Shown: one piece after another, positions 18,838-29,549 of the stretch
Numbering within the stretch: the stretch's first letter is position 1
Layout of the letters: every line of letters starts with the position of its first letter
Notes under the pieces: model-generated
What the model was told of the DNA's origin: nothing
What the model saw: only the letters and a program-made list of their open reading frames with translations
Database searches by the model: none
DNA from: Mesorhizobium sp.
GTDB lineage: Bacteria > Pseudomonadota > Alphaproteobacteria > Rhizobiales > Rhizobiaceae
NCBI GenBank assembly: GCA_004020315.1
Contig: SAQG01000025.1
Span: 13,919-77,918, forward strand
DNA length: 64,000 nt
Direction of reading: 5' to 3'
Position numbers and translations under genes: made by a program

Positions 18838-20364
18838 TCAGCCGGCTTTGGCCGGCGCATAGAGATCCTTGTAAGTCTCGCGCAGCAGGTTCTTCTGCAC
18901 CTTGCCCATCGTGTTGCGCGGCAGTTCGTCGACGAAGATCACCCGCTTCGGGTGCTTGTATTTCGCCAGCCGCCCGGCGATGGCGCCGACGATCTCGGCC
19001 GCGGTGATGGTCGAGGCCGGCGTCCGCACCACGATCGCGGTGACGCCTTCGCCGAAATCCGCATGGGCAACGCCGATCACAGCGCTTTCGGCGACGCCGG
19101 GCAGCGCGTCGATCTCGCTCTCGACCTCCTTCGGATAGATGTTGTAGCCGCCGGAGATGATCAGATCCTTGCCGCGCCCGACGATGTGGACATAGCCGTC
19201 GGCGTCGATCAGGCCGAGATCGCCGGTGATGAAGAAACCGTCGTCGCGGAATTCCGCTTTGGTCTTTTCCGGCATGCGCCAATAGCCGGAAAACACATTC
19301 GGACCCTTCACCTCGATCATGCCGACCTCGCCCTGGGCAAGTGTTTCGCCGCTCTCGGGATCGGCGATGCGCAGCGAGACGCCGGGCAAGGGAAAACCGA
19401 CCGTGCCGGCGCGCCGCTCGCCATCATAGGGATTCGACGTGTTCATGTTGGTCTCGGTCATGCCGTAGCGCTCGAGGATGGCGTGGCCGGTGCGCTCGCG
19501 CCAAGCCTGGTGCGTCTCGGCCAGCAGCGGCGCCGAGCCGGAAACGAACAGGCGGATGTTTCTTGCCGACTGCCGGTTCAAGCCGTCCTGCTGCAGCAGG
19601 CGCACATAGAAGGTCGGCACACCCATCAGGGTGGTGGCGCGCGGCAGCAGCGAGACGATGCGGGCCGGCTCGAATTTGGTTTCGAACAGCATCGAGGCGC
19701 CGGCCATCAGGACGACGTTGGTGGCGACGAAGAGGCCATGCGTGTGGAAAATCGGCAGCGCGTGGATCAAGACGTCTGCGGCGGTGAAGCGCCACTGATC
19801 GACCAGCACCCGCGCATTCGAGGCAAGGTTTTCATGGCTGAGCATGGCGCCTTTCGAGCGGCCGGTCGTCCCCGACGTGTAGAGGATCGCCGCAAGATCG
19901 TCCGGTCCGCGCACCACATCGTGAAAGTCCGAAGACTGCCGCGACGCCTGATCCATCAACGAGCCTTCGCCATTGCCGCCGAGCGTGACTGTGATAGCGC
20001 CCGATGCCTCCGCCAAGGCTCCGATCCCGTGTTCCCTTGTTGGGTCGCAAACGACAAGGCGCGGCTCGGCGTCGTGGAAAAAATAATCGAGCTCGGTCAG
20101 CGTGTAAGCAGTATTGAGCGGCAGGAAGACCGCACCGGCGCGCAGGCAAGCGAGATAGAGGAAAATGGCCTCCGGGCTCTTCTCCACCTGGACGGCGACG
20201 CGGTCGCCAGGTTCGACGCCCAATTGCAGTAGCGCATGCGCCAGTTTCGCGGACCGCGCCAGCATATCGCCATAGGTGATCGAGCGCCCGTCATCCGTCT
20301 CCATCAAAAGACGCTCGGGCGCCGGCATCCGGGCGCGGAAAGCGTCGAACAAATGGTTGCTCAT
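18838..20364 (-). CDS. matB: Malonyl-CoA synthetase (AMP-forming)
   Basis: The N-terminus MSNHLFDAFR...GDRVAVQVEKSPEAIFLYLACLRAGAVFLPLNTAYTLTELDYF closely matches rhizobial MatB as I recall it. AMP-binding motif YTSGTTGRSKGA. Confidence 0.85.
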   Translation of the reverse strand: MSNHLFDAFRARMPAPERLLMETDDGRSITYGDMLARSAKLAHALLQLGVEPGDRVAVQVEKSPEAIFLYLACLRAGAVFLPLNTAYTLTELDYFFHDAEPRLVVCDPTREHGIGALAEASGAITVTLGGNGEGSLMDQASRQSSDFHDVVRGPDDLAAILYTSGTTGRSKGAMLSHENLASNARVLVDQWRFTAADVLIHALPIFHTHGLFVATNVVLMAGASMLFETKFEPARIVSLLPRATTLMGVPTFYVRLLQQDGLNRQSARNIRLFVSGSAPLLAETHQAWRERTGHAILERYGMTETNMNTSNPYDGERRAGTVGFPLPGVSLRIADPESGETLAQGEVGMIEVKGPNVFSGYWRMPEKTKAEFRDDGFFITGDLGLIDADGYVHIVGRGKDLIISGGYNIYPKEVESEIDALPGVAESAVIGVAHADFGEGVTAIVVRTPASTITAAEIVGAIAGRLAKYKHPKRVIFVDELPRNTMGKVQKNLLRETYKDLYAPAKAG

Positions 20365-21730
20365 GCATCCCTCTGAGTCTGGGCAGGCGCCGGAAGCCGC
20401 GGCGCGGCCGGTCTCGCCGGTTTCGGCAGCAGGCGGCGCACAGCGGGGGCGGCCGCCACATCGTTCCTGGCGGCGAACAGCTCGTGGTTCTTCTCGATGT
20501 CGTCGAGCTTGTAACGATAATTGACCATCAAGCCATGCGCCTGACGCAAGGCGCGGGGCGACAGGTCGCCGAAAAGATCGATGCGCTCCAGCCGCGCGCC
20601 ATTGCCGAGATGGAACCGGGCGACCGGGTCGATCACCTTGCCGGAGGCGGTGCGGGCGTCGAGGAAATACTGTGCCGCAAGCGGAAGCAGGGCCTGACCC
20701 GCGCGGTCGCGCACGGCAGCGTCAGCGTGCCAGCCCTCGTTGGCGACGAGGTCCTGCACTTCGGCGGCGGAGGGCATGGTTTCGGCCTGTTCGGCCAGCC
20801 AGCGGGCAAAGCCCGGCACCGGGGATAGCGTGACGAAATCGGTCAGGCCGGGAAGATCGCGGCGCAGATCCTCGACCACCTGCTTGATCAGAAAGTTGCC
20901 GAAGGAGATGCCGCGCAACCCCTCCTGGCAATTCGAGATGGAATAGAACACCGCCGTCGTGGCCTGTCGCGGCTGCACCGGCTGCCGCTCGTCGGCAAGC
21001 ACCTCGGCGATCGTCGTCGGCATCGTCCGGGTGAGCGCGACCTCGACGAAGATCAGCGGCTCGTCGCCGAGCTGCGGATGAAAGAACGCATAGCAGAGCC
21101 GGTCGGCGGGCTCGATCCGGCGGCGCAAGTCGTCCCAGGTGTGGATGGCGTGCACCGCCTCGTAGCGGATGATTTTTTCCAGAATGTTGGCAGGCGTCGA
21201 CCAGTCGATCCGGCGCAGCACCAGGAAGCCGCGGTTGAACCACGACGACAAAAGGTGCGTGAAGTCGGCATCGACGATGGCGAGATCGGGTGATGTGGGC
21301 AGCCGGGCCAGCAGATCCTCGCGCATGCGCACCAGCGTCTGATGCCGCCGGGCGCCAGGTTCAGGCGGCGCAGAAGCTCCTGCCTGGCCGGCTCGGCGGC
21401 GTCGTGCAGGGCAAGTGCCGAGCGGTCGTCGGGCGCGGCGCGATAGGCGTCCACCGCGGCGGCAAGTCTGACATGATCGGTGCCGAAACGATCGCGCAGC
21501 ACATGCAGGAAAGCCAGCCTTCCGTCGGCGCCGAGGGTGCGCCAGCGCTCGAGTATTTCCCTTGCATAGGCAACGCCCGACGCCTCGCCCTGGCTGGAAA
21601 GCAGACGGGCGCACAGACGCGCCAGGCTGTCGGCCGAAACCGGTTCGTCACCGCGAACGAGGTTCAGCATCATCCGGCCGCGATCGGCGATGGTGTTCAG
21701 CAGGTCAGCGAAGAAAGGGCTGCGGTTCAT
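20361..21730 (-). pseudogene. matA: Malonyl-CoA decarboxylase, reading frame broken by an apparent 1-nt deletion near 21335-21350 (or a sequencing error)
   Basis: The N-terminal half (MNRSPFFADLLNTIADRGR...LRRLNLAPGG) is in the frame of ORF 21053..22006. The C-terminal half (TLVRMREDLLARLP...FHLGNGARLERI) is in the frame of ORF 20361..21614. The span is 1370 nt, which is 3n+2. Confidence 0.8.
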
Positions 21731-21911
21731 CGATCCCAACCGTCGAAGAGGAGCCTGCGGGAGGGTCCGGAGAGGCATTAGGGTGAGACAGAGAATATGG
21801 GACGGCATGTCATAAGCACAAGCGCATCGGCGTCGGCCAACGAATTCCTGACCGGCTGGGGAGAACTGCGCGTGCCGGTGACGGCGCGCTGGTGCGCCGG
21901 CAGCCGCAGCG

Positions 21912-22589
21912 TCAGCCGGCCGCCCGGTCGGCCGCTGTCCTGATCGCCTCGATGTTTGCCCGATAGGCTTCGACGCTGCCGCCTTTGAAGATGGCTGCAC
22001 CGGCAACCAGCACGCTGGCGCCGGCGGCAGTCACCAAAGGTGCTGTTTGCGGCGAGATGCCGCCGTCGATCTCGATCCGGATCGGCCGGTCGCCGATCAG
22101 CGCCTTCACCCGCTTGACCTTGTCGACGATCCCCGGGATGAAGGCCTGGCCGCCAAAACCCGGATTGACGGTCATGATCAGGATCAGATCGAGCCGGTCG
22201 AGCACATATTCGATCGCCGTTTCCGGCGTTGCCGGGTTGAGCGATACGCCCGCCTTCTTGCCGAGATTCCTGATCGTCTGCAGCGAACGGTCGAGATGCG
22301 GCCCGGCTTCGGCATGCACCGTCATGCCGTCGCAGCCGGCTTCAGCGAAGGCCTCCAGATAGGGGTCGGCCGGCGCGATCATCAGATGGCAGTCGAAGAA
22401 GGCCTTGGTGCGGTTGCGGATCGCCTTGATCACCGGCGGGCCGAAAGTGATATTGGGCACGAAATGGCCGTCCATGACGTCGAGATGGATCCAGTCGGCG
22501 CCGGCCGCGGCCACCGCCTCGACCTCGTCGCCCAGCTTCGAAAAATCCGACGCCAGCACCGATGGCGCGATCAGGGTCTTGTGAGCCAT
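21912..22589 (-). CDS. rpe: Ribulose-phosphate 3-epimerase
   Basis: [33 protein letters not shown] and [12 protein letters not shown] motifs. Confidence 0.92.
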   Translation of the reverse strand: MAHKTLIAPSVLASDFSKLGDEVEAVAAAGADWIHLDVMDGHFVPNITFGPPVIKAIRNRTKAFFDCHLMIAPADPYLEAFAEAGCDGMTVHAEAGPHLDRSLQTIRNLGKKAGVSLNPATPETAIEYVLDRLDLILIMTVNPGFGGQAFIPGIVDKVKRVKALIGDRPIRIEIDGGISPQTAPLVTAAGASVLVAGAAIFKGGSVEAYRANIEAIRTAADRAAG

Positions 22590-22801
22590 GTCCGCTTCCC
22601 GTTCCTGAGCCCGCTCCCGCCCTACCGCATCGGCCCGAAAATGGCCAGCCGTCGTGGCAGGAAGACCTTGCTGCCTGGCGTCAGTCGCGAACGGACGCGG
22701 AAAGCTTCATTGGGAGGAGCTGGACGGTTGGGCGCACCGTGCCATGGCCGGAGAACCCCGGCCGGCCCGAGAAAAGGATGTTGGTTGCCTTGCGCAGAAT
22801 G

Positions 22802-22832
22802 CTTGCGCGTCGCGCAGCCTGTTCTTATATAC
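22802..22832 (+). promoter_or_regulatory. Candidate RpoH (sigma-32) heat-shock promoter for dnaK
   Basis: CTTG (22802-22805), an 18-nt spacer, then CTTATATAC (22824-22832). This is close to the alpha-proteobacterial CTTG-N17/18-CYTATNTNNG consensus, about 120 nt upstream of the dnaK ATG. Confidence 0.5.
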
Positions 22833-22951
22833 CCGCCAAGCCGTTCGACGCCGGAATGCCGGCTGCCGAAGCGGAATTTCTTGTGAACAGGGGCTTTCGT
22901 CGGAATGCCTGTACGGGTCCTGAGAGCCTGCTTAGCGGAGAGATTAAAAAA

Positions 22952-24868
22952 ATGGCAAAAGTAATCGGTATCGATCTGGGGACCACCAACTCCTGTGTCG
23001 CCATCATGGACGGCAAGGAATCGAAGGTCATCGAGAATGCGGAAGGCGCGCGCACGACCCCTTCCATCGTCGCCATCAACAGCGATGGCGAGCGCCTCGT
23101 CGGCCAGCCGGCCAAGCGCCAGGCGGTCACCAATCCTGAAAACACCATCTTCGCGGTCAAGCGCCTGATCGGCCGCCGCTATGACGATCCGGTGACGGAG
23201 AAGGACAAGAAGCTTGTCCCCTACAAGATCGTCAAGGGCGACAATGGCGACGCCTGGGTCGAGGCCGGCGGCAAGAAACAGTCGCCCAGCCAGATCTCGG
23301 CGATGATCCTGCAGAAGATGAAGGAAACGGCGGAAGCCTATCTCGGCGAAAAGGTCGAGAAGGCGGTCATCACCGTTCCGGCCTATTTCAACGACGCCCA
23401 GCGCCAGGCCACCAAGGATGCCGGCAAGATCGCCGGCCTCGAAGTGCTGCGCATCATCAACGAGCCGACCGCGGCCGCACTTGCCTACGGCCTCGACAAG
23501 AAGGAAGGCAAGACCATTGCCGTCTATGACCTTGGCGGCGGCACGTTCGACATTTCGGTGCTCGAAATCGGCGACGGCGTGTTCGAGGTGAAGTCGACCA
23601 ATGGCGACACCTTCCTCGGCGGCGAGGATTTCGACATGCGTCTGGTCGAATATCTGGCGGCCGAGTTCAAGAAGGAACAGGGCATCGACCTGCGCAGCGA
23701 CAAGCTCGCCCTTCAGCGCCTCAAGGAAGCGGCCGAAAAGGCCAAGATCGAGCTGTCGTCCACCACGCAGACCGAGATCAACCTGCCCTTCATCACCGCC
23801 GATGCCACCGGTCCCAAGCACCTGACGCTGAAGCTGACGCGGGCGAAGTTCGAGAGCCTGGTCGAGGATCTAGTCCAGCGCACGATCGACCCCTGCAAGG
23901 CGGCGCTCAAGGATGCCGGCCTGAAGGCGGGCGAAATCGACGAGGTCGTCCTGGTCGGCGGCATGACCCGCATGCCCAAGATCCAGGAGATCGTGAAGCA
24001 GTTCTTCGGCAAGGAGCCGCACAAGGGCGTCAATCCGGACGAGGTCGTCGCATTGGGTGCCGCCATCCAGGCCGGCGTGCTGCAGGGTGACGTCAAGGAC
24101 GTGCTGTTGCTCGACGTGACGCCGCTGTCGCTCGGCATCGAGACGCTGGGCGGCGTGTTCACGCGCCTGATCGAGCGCAACACGACGATCCCGACCAAGA
24201 AGAGCCAGGTGTTCTCGACGGCCGAGGATTCACAGTCGGCCGTGACCATCCGCGTCTTCCAGGGCGAGCGTGAAATGGCCGCCGACAACAAGGCGCTCGG
24301 CCAGTTCGACCTGGTCGGCATTCCGCCGGCGCCGCGTGGCGTGCCGCAGATCGAGGTCACGTTCGACATCGACGCCAACGGTATCGTCAACGTTTCGGCC
24401 AAGGACAAGGGCACCGGCAAGGAGCACCAGATCCGCATCCAGGCGTCTGGCGGCCTTTCGGACGCCGACATCGAGAAGATGGTGAAGGACGCCGAGGCCA
24501 ATGCCGAGGCCGACAAGAAGCGGCGCGCGCTGGTCGAGGCCCGCAACCAGGCCGAGGCGCTGGTCCATTCCTCGGAGAAGTCGCTGAAGGAATATGGCGA
24601 GAAGGTTTCCGAGGCCGACCGCACGGCGATCGCCGATGCGATCGCGGCGCTGAAGACCGCTGCCGAAGGCGACGACGCGGCCGAGATCGAAGCCAAGACG
24701 CAGGCGCTCGCCGAAACCTCGATGAAGCTCGGCCAGGCCATGTACGAGGCTTCGCAGAAGGAAGCCGCGGAGGCTGACGCCAAGGCGGACGCCGCCAAGG
24801 ACAGCGACGTGGTCGATGCCGACTTCGAGGAAATCAACGAGGACGACGACAAGAAGAAGTCGGCCTGA
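22952..24868 (+). CDS. dnaK: Molecular chaperone DnaK (Hsp70)
   Basis: ATG at 22952 ([17 protein letters not shown]) inside ORF 22562..24868. DLGGGTFD motif and an acidic C-terminal tail. Confidence 0.97.
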   Translation: MAKVIGIDLGTTNSCVAIMDGKESKVIENAEGARTTPSIVAINSDGERLVGQPAKRQAVTNPENTIFAVKRLIGRRYDDPVTEKDKKLVPYKIVKGDNGDAWVEAGGKKQSPSQISAMILQKMKETAEAYLGEKVEKAVITVPAYFNDAQRQATKDAGKIAGLEVLRIINEPTAAALAYGLDKKEGKTIAVYDLGGGTFDISVLEIGDGVFEVKSTNGDTFLGGEDFDMRLVEYLAAEFKKEQGIDLRSDKLALQRLKEAAEKAKIELSSTTQTEINLPFITADATGPKHLTLKLTRAKFESLVEDLVQRTIDPCKAALKDAGLKAGEIDEVVLVGGMTRMPKIQEIVKQFFGKEPHKGVNPDEVVALGAAIQAGVLQGDVKDVLLLDVTPLSLGIETLGGVFTRLIERNTTIPTKKSQVFSTAEDSQSAVTIRVFQGEREMAADNKALGQFDLVGIPPAPRGVPQIEVTFDIDANGIVNVSAKDKGTGKEHQIRIQASGGLSDADIEKMVKDAEANAEADKKRRALVEARNQAEALVHSSEKSLKEYGEKVSEADRTAIADAIAALKTAAEGDDAAEIEAKTQALAETSMKLGQAMYEASQKEAAEADAKADAAKDSDVVDADFEEINEDDDKKKSA

Positions 24869-24895
24869 GCGGCCTGACGGCAGATCAAGGCAGAA

Positions 24896-24921
24896 AGCCC
24901 GGCGCAAAGCCGGGCTTTTTT
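24896..24921 (+). terminator. Rho-independent terminator after dnaK
   Basis: AGCCCGGC-gcaaa-GCCGGGCT stem-loop followed by TTTTTT, 28 nt after the dnaK stop. Confidence 0.8.
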
Positions 24922-25079
24922 GCAACCCTTCCTGAAAAAATGCGAGCCTGATCGAAAAAATGCGAGCAAGCCCGTGTCAACACTGGCATCCCGGCCCCAT
25001 CGCACCTAAATCGGAACAGCGTGCCGGCGAACGACGCAAAAATGCTTCAAGACGTTGAATATCCGGACTGCGGGAAAAG

Positions 25080-26210
25080 ATGAAAGCTGATTTCTACGAA
25101 ACGCTGGGCGTGCAAAAGGGGGCCGACGAGAAGGAGCTCAAGAGCGCTTTCCGCAAGCTGGCCATGCAGTTCCATCCTGATCGCAATCCGGGCGATCATG
25201 CCTGCGAGCACAAGTTCAAGGAAATCAACGAAGCCTACGAAACGCTGAAGGATCCGCAGAAGCGCGCGGCCTACGACCGTTTCGGCCACGCCGCCTTCGA
25301 ACAGGGCGGCATGAACGGCGGCGCGCACGGCTTCGGCGCCGGCGGCTTCGCCGACATCTTTGAAGATATTTTTGGCGACATGATGGGCGGGCGCCAGCGA
25401 CGCTCGTCAGGCGGCCGCGAGCGCGGCGCAGACCTGCGCTACAATATGGAAATCACCCTGGAGGAGGCGTTTGCCGGCAAGACAGCGCAAATCCGCGTGC
25501 CGGCCTCGATCTCCTGCACGGAATGCTCCGGCAGCGGTGCCAAGCCCGGCACCCAGCCCGTCACCTGCTCGATGTGCAACGGCCACGGCAAGGTGCGTGC
25601 CACGCAAGGGTTCTTCTCGATCGAGCGCACCTGCCCGCAATGCCAGGGGCGTGGCCAGACCATCAAGGAGCCGTGCCCGAAATGCGCCGGCCAGGGCCGC
25701 GTCACCGAGGAGCGCTCGCTTTCGGTCAACATCCCGGCCGGCATCGAGGACGGCACCCGCATCCGCCTTGCCAATGAGGGCGAGGCCGGCCTGCGCGGCG
25801 GCCCGTCGGGCGATCTCTATATTTTCCTGGCGGTCAAGCCGCACGAATTCTTCCAGCGCGACGGCGCCGATCTCTACTGCAAGGTGCCGATCTCGATGAC
25901 GACGGCTGCCCTTGGCGGTTCCTTCGAGGTGACGACGCTGGACGGCACCCAGACGAAGGTGAAGGTGCCGGAAGGCACCCAGAACGGCCGCCAGTTCCGC
26001 CTCAAGGGCAAAGGCATGCCGGTGCTGCGCCAACACAACGTCGGCGACCTCTATATCCAGACCGCAGTCGAGACGCCGCAGAACCTTTCCCGCCGCCAGC
26101 GCGAGCTGCTGGAGGAGTTCGAGCAGCTTTCCTCGAAGGATAATTCGCCCCAGTCGAGCGGCTTTTTCGCCCGTATGAAGGACTTTTTCGAAACCTTCGG
26201 CGAGCGCTGA
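25080..26210 (+). CDS. dnaJ: Molecular chaperone DnaJ (Hsp40)
   Basis: J domain with the HPD motif (FHPDRNPGD), a G/F-rich linker and four CxxCxGxG zinc-finger repeats. Confidence 0.95.
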   Translation: MKADFYETLGVQKGADEKELKSAFRKLAMQFHPDRNPGDHACEHKFKEINEAYETLKDPQKRAAYDRFGHAAFEQGGMNGGAHGFGAGGFADIFEDIFGDMMGGRQRRSSGGRERGADLRYNMEITLEEAFAGKTAQIRVPASISCTECSGSGAKPGTQPVTCSMCNGHGKVRATQGFFSIERTCPQCQGRGQTIKEPCPKCAGQGRVTEERSLSVNIPAGIEDGTRIRLANEGEAGLRGGPSGDLYIFLAVKPHEFFQRDGADLYCKVPISMTTAALGGSFEVTTLDGTQTKVKVPEGTQNGRQFRLKGKGMPVLRQHNVGDLYIQTAVETPQNLSRRQRELLEEFEQLSSKDNSPQSSGFFARMKDFFETFGER

Positions 26211-26352
26211 TGGCGACTCTCGCCAATCGGGTGTAGGGTACGATCAAGCGGAAGCTTCCCTAGCGTCATCAACATCTTATACCGGCATCCGCCTTGCCTT
26301 GGACCCCGTAGCTGCTAAGTAGCCACTCGGGGGAGCGTTCAGGAGAACTTGC

Positions 26353-26958
26353 ATGGCACATGGTCCCGGACTGCGAAAAGTGCTGGCGGAGAAGTTCGAC
26401 GACGAACTGAAGTTCTTCAAGGGCTGGATCGACAAGCCGAAGGCGGTCGGTTCGATCGTGCCGACCAGTTCCATCACGGCCCGCAAGATGGCCTCCGTCG
26501 TCGACCCGGACTCGGGCCTGCCGGTGCTCGAAGTCGGGCCCGGCACGGGCGTCATCACCCGAGCCATCCTCGCCCAGGGCGTAAAGCCTGAAAATCTTTA
26601 TGCGGTCGAATATTCCACCGATTTCGTACGCCATCTGCGCCAGCTCTACCCCGGCGTCAACGTCATCGAGGGCGACGCCTTCAATCTCGATGCGACGCTC
26701 GGCGACAGGAGCGGCCTGATCTTCGATTCGGTCATCTCCGGCGTGCCATTGCTCAATTTCCCGGTCGCCCAGCGCGTTGCCTATGTCGAAAGCCTTCTCG
26801 ATCGCATCCCGACAGGCCGCCCGGTCGTGCAGCTGACCTACGGCCCGCTGTCGCCGATCCCGCCCGGCCGCGGCGATTACACGGTCGAGCATTTCCATTT
26901 CGTCATCCGCAACATCCCGCCAACGCAGCTGTGGATCTACCGACGCGGGGCGCACTAG
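26353..26958 (+). CDS. Class I SAM-dependent methyltransferase, phospholipid N-methyltransferase (PmtA)-like
   Basis: SAM motif VLEVGPGTGVITRAIL. A PmtA gene downstream of dnaKJ is known from Bradyrhizobium (recalled, not checked), so the PmtA assignment is tentative. Confidence 0.6.
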   Translation: MAHGPGLRKVLAEKFDDELKFFKGWIDKPKAVGSIVPTSSITARKMASVVDPDSGLPVLEVGPGTGVITRAILAQGVKPENLYAVEYSTDFVRHLRQLYPGVNVIEGDAFNLDATLGDRSGLIFDSVISGVPLLNFPVAQRVAYVESLLDRIPTGRPVVQLTYGPLSPIPPGRGDYTVEHFHFVIRNIPPTQLWIYRRGAH

Positions 26959-27052
26959 TCAAAACCGTTCCGGTTGAACGACCGAGTTCGATTGTTGCGG
27001 TAAGCACAGCTGTCCGCCACATCGACCGCCTACCTATCGGAAGAGAACGAAG

Positions 27053-27406
27053 ATGTGGGTAATCTGGAGCGGGGTGACAGTAGCGTGGGAGCTGGAGTGG
27101 TTTGACAAAAAGGGTGAGAGACTGAGCGGCAGTATCTTGCTGAAGAACTTCGGTGAAGAAGACATGCGTCCGGTTCTGGTTGTTGATGATCAGTCCCTTT
27201 GCGGCGGCTACTACCCGATAGATGAGGCTCGTGCCGCACGCTTGCTCGAATTGACCGATATTGCGATTGATCTTGGTAAATATGACTATTTTCTGGGAGC
27301 GGCCGACACCGGGTTGACCGAAGCAGACAGGTCCATCGATCCGAGCGATTTTCCCGAGCAAGAGGTGTGGTATCCGACTCCGCGCGCTCTCCCGGGGGGC
27401 GTTTAG
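27053..27406 (+). CDS. Orphan hypothetical protein in an AT-rich patch
   Basis: ORF 27053..27406. It has a natural-looking acidic/hydrophobic composition, unlike the overlapping antisense ORFs, and GAAGAG lies upstream of the ATG. I cannot assign a family with confidence. Confidence 0.5.
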   Translation: MWVIWSGVTVAWELEWFDKKGERLSGSILLKNFGEEDMRPVLVVDDQSLCGGYYPIDEARAARLLELTDIAIDLGKYDYFLGAADTGLTEADRSIDPSDFPEQEVWYPTPRALPGGV

Positions 27407-27529
27407 GGAAGCCGTGGAAGTCACCCCCAAACGTAGAGCCAAATGAATTGCCCATCAGTTTCGATTTTTGGGCCGGTGCGTTGATTTGAGCGATCCTTGG
27501 CTGTACCTGTCCGGGAACAAGGGTGGCCG

Positions 27530-28126
27530 ATGGCAGTGATCCCGAAAATTCTCGTCTTCGCGGGCTCGATTCGCACTGGCGCCTTTAGCGGCAGGACCGC
27601 TGACGTGGCGCAGAAGGAACTCGCTCTGCAGGGCGCCGAGGTGACCCGCATCTCGCTTGCCGACTATCCGCTGCCGATCCTCGACGAGGACCTGGAGAAG
27701 GAGAAGGGCGTTCCCGAAAACGCCATCAAGCTTGCCCGGCAGATCGCCGCCCATGACGGGCTGCTGATCGCGACGCCCGAATATAACGGCTCCATCCCGC
27801 CGCTGCTCAAGAACACCATCGACTGGGTGAGCCGGGTGCGCACGGATGGCGGGCGGTCGTTCAGGCCGTTCACCGGCAAGCCCGCCGGCCTTTGTTCGTC
27901 TTCCAAAGGGCACTTCGCCGGGGTACGCTGCATCAACCATCTGCGCGCCGTGCTGGTACGCTGCCAGATGGAGGTGGTGACGCCGGAGTGCTCGGTGCCG
28001 GAGGGCGGCAACGCCTTCGACGACGACGGGAATTTCAGGGACGAGAGACTGCACAGATCGATGGAGCACCTATGCCGCACGCTGATCGAAACCTCGCGCA
28101 TGCTGTCGACGCGGATCGAGGTGTGA
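27530..28126 (+). CDS. NADPH-dependent FMN reductase family protein
   Basis: ATG at 27530 ([20 protein letters not shown]) inside ORF 27497..28126. Motif [19 protein letters not shown]. Confidence 0.8.
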   Translation: MAVIPKILVFAGSIRTGAFSGRTADVAQKELALQGAEVTRISLADYPLPILDEDLEKEKGVPENAIKLARQIAAHDGLLIATPEYNGSIPPLLKNTIDWVSRVRTDGGRSFRPFTGKPAGLCSSSKGHFAGVRCINHLRAVLVRCQMEVVTPECSVPEGGNAFDDDGNFRDERLHRSMEHLCRTLIETSRMLSTRIEV

Positions 28127-28146
28127 TCCAGGAGCGCGCCATCACC

Positions 28147-28830
28147 ATGCAAGACAGGCTGATCGTCGGCCTTGACGTGCCCACGCTGAAGGACGCCGAG
28201 AAGGTGGTGCGCGAGCTCGACGGGGTCGTCTCCTTCTACAAGATCGGCTATCAGCTCGCCTTCGCCGGCGGCCTCGATTTCGCCCGCGAGCTCGCCAGCG
28301 GCGGCACCAGGATCTTCCTCGACATGAAGCTGCTCGACATCGACAACACGGTGGCCAAGGGCGTCGAAGCCATCGCCAGGATGGGCATGACCATGCTGAC
28401 GCTGCACGCCTATCCGAAGACGATGAAGGCAGCGGTCGAGGCCGCCAGGGGCAGCGATCTCTGCCTGCTTGGCGTCACCGTGCTGACTTCGATGGACGAG
28501 CAGGACGTGATCGACGCCGGCTATGAACACGACCCGCATACGCTGGTGCTGAGGCGCTCCGAACAGGCGCTGCACGCCGGCATGGGCGGCATCGTCTGCT
28601 CGGCCGAGGAAGCGGAAGCGGTGCGCCGGATCGTCGGCCCCAACATGGCCGTCGTCACGCCGGGGATACGCCCCAAGGGCAGCGACCATGGCGACCAGAA
28701 ACGCGTGGTGACGCCGGCGCAGGCGATCCGCAACGGCTCCAGCCATCTCGTCGTCGGCCGGCCGATCGTCGGCGCGCCAGACAGGCGGGCGGTCGCGGAA
28801 GCCATTCTCGATGAAATGCGCTCGGCATAG
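28147..28830 (+). CDS. pyrF: Orotidine 5'-phosphate decarboxylase
   Basis: ATG at 28147 ([12 protein letters not shown]) inside ORF 27892..28830. FYKIGYQL and [13 protein letters not shown] motifs. Confidence 0.9.
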   Translation: MQDRLIVGLDVPTLKDAEKVVRELDGVVSFYKIGYQLAFAGGLDFARELASGGTRIFLDMKLLDIDNTVAKGVEAIARMGMTMLTLHAYPKTMKAAVEAARGSDLCLLGVTVLTSMDEQDVIDAGYEHDPHTLVLRRSEQALHAGMGGIVCSAEEAEAVRRIVGPNMAVVTPGIRPKGSDHGDQKRVVTPAQAIRNGSSHLVVGRPIVGAPDRRAVAEAILDEMRSA

Positions 28831-28859
28831 CGGCCCAGAAACAACTTCGGAGAAAAAGC

Positions 28860-29147
28860 ATGCCCAAGGGATATTGGATTGCCCGCGTCGATGTGCGCGA
28901 TGCGGAAGGCTACAAGGACTATGTCGCCGCCGCCAAGCTTGCCTTCGACCGTTTCGATGTAAAATTCCTGGCACGCGGCGGTGCGCATGAAAAGGCCGAG
29001 GGGCCGGGTCGCGACCGCAACGTCATCATCGAGTTTCCGTCATTGGCTGCGGCGCACGATTGCTATCACTCGCCGGAGTATCAGCGGGCGGTCGCGATCC
29101 GCCAGAAAGTAGCCGACGGCGAGATTGTGCTGGTCGAAGGGCTTTAG
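28860..29147 (+). CDS. DUF1330 domain-containing protein
   Basis: 95 aa. MPKGYWIARVDVRDAEGYKDY ... EYQRAVAIRQ, the typical DUF1330 pattern. Confidence 0.8.
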   Translation: MPKGYWIARVDVRDAEGYKDYVAAAKLAFDRFDVKFLARGGAHEKAEGPGRDRNVIIEFPSLAAAHDCYHSPEYQRAVAIRQKVADGEIVLVEGL

Positions 29148-29148
29148 T

Positions 29149-29523
29149 TCAGCGGCAACCGCTGCGTCGGTCAGGCCGAATGCAGGATGTAAAGCTTGCG
29201 CGTTTCTCGTGGATGGTCCATTCGCCCTCCCAGCCAAGCGGCAGGACGAGCAATTCGCCGGGTCCGACGTCTTTGGCCGCGCCGTCGGGACCGTGCAGCG
29301 TCACGCGGCCGGAGACGATGTGGCAAATCTCGGAATTAGTGTCTCGGCGCGCGGTGAACCGGCCCTGAGAACATTCCCAGACACCGACCTCGATCTTGCC
29401 ATCCTCCGAAGTCCAAAGGGTGTTGGCTGCTTCCAGCTGATCGCCCTCCACCGAGGTCGGTTTCGGCTGGGGCTCGCCGAGGTCGATATGCGCAAGGTGG
29501 GCGAAGGTCTTGAAGTCGATCAT
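29149..29523 (-). CDS. Cupin (DUF861/cupin_3-like) protein; C-terminal ~12 residues possibly out of frame
   Basis: ATG at 29523 (MIDFKTFAHL) preceded by GGAGG. The cupin core is GVWECSQGRF ... ICHIVSGRVTL. After ...EWTIHEK the alternative frame reads TRKLYILHSA-stop (stop at 29171-29173), which looks more like the family C-terminus as I recall it. Confidence 0.7.
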   Translation of the reverse strand: MIDFKTFAHLAHIDLGEPQPKPTSVEGDQLEAANTLWTSEDGKIEVGVWECSQGRFTARRDTNSEICHIVSGRVTLHGPDGAAKDVGPGELLVLPLGWEGEWTIHEKRASFTSCIRPDRRSGCR

Positions 29524-29549
29524 GCCGAAAATCCTCCAGGTGATGCGGT

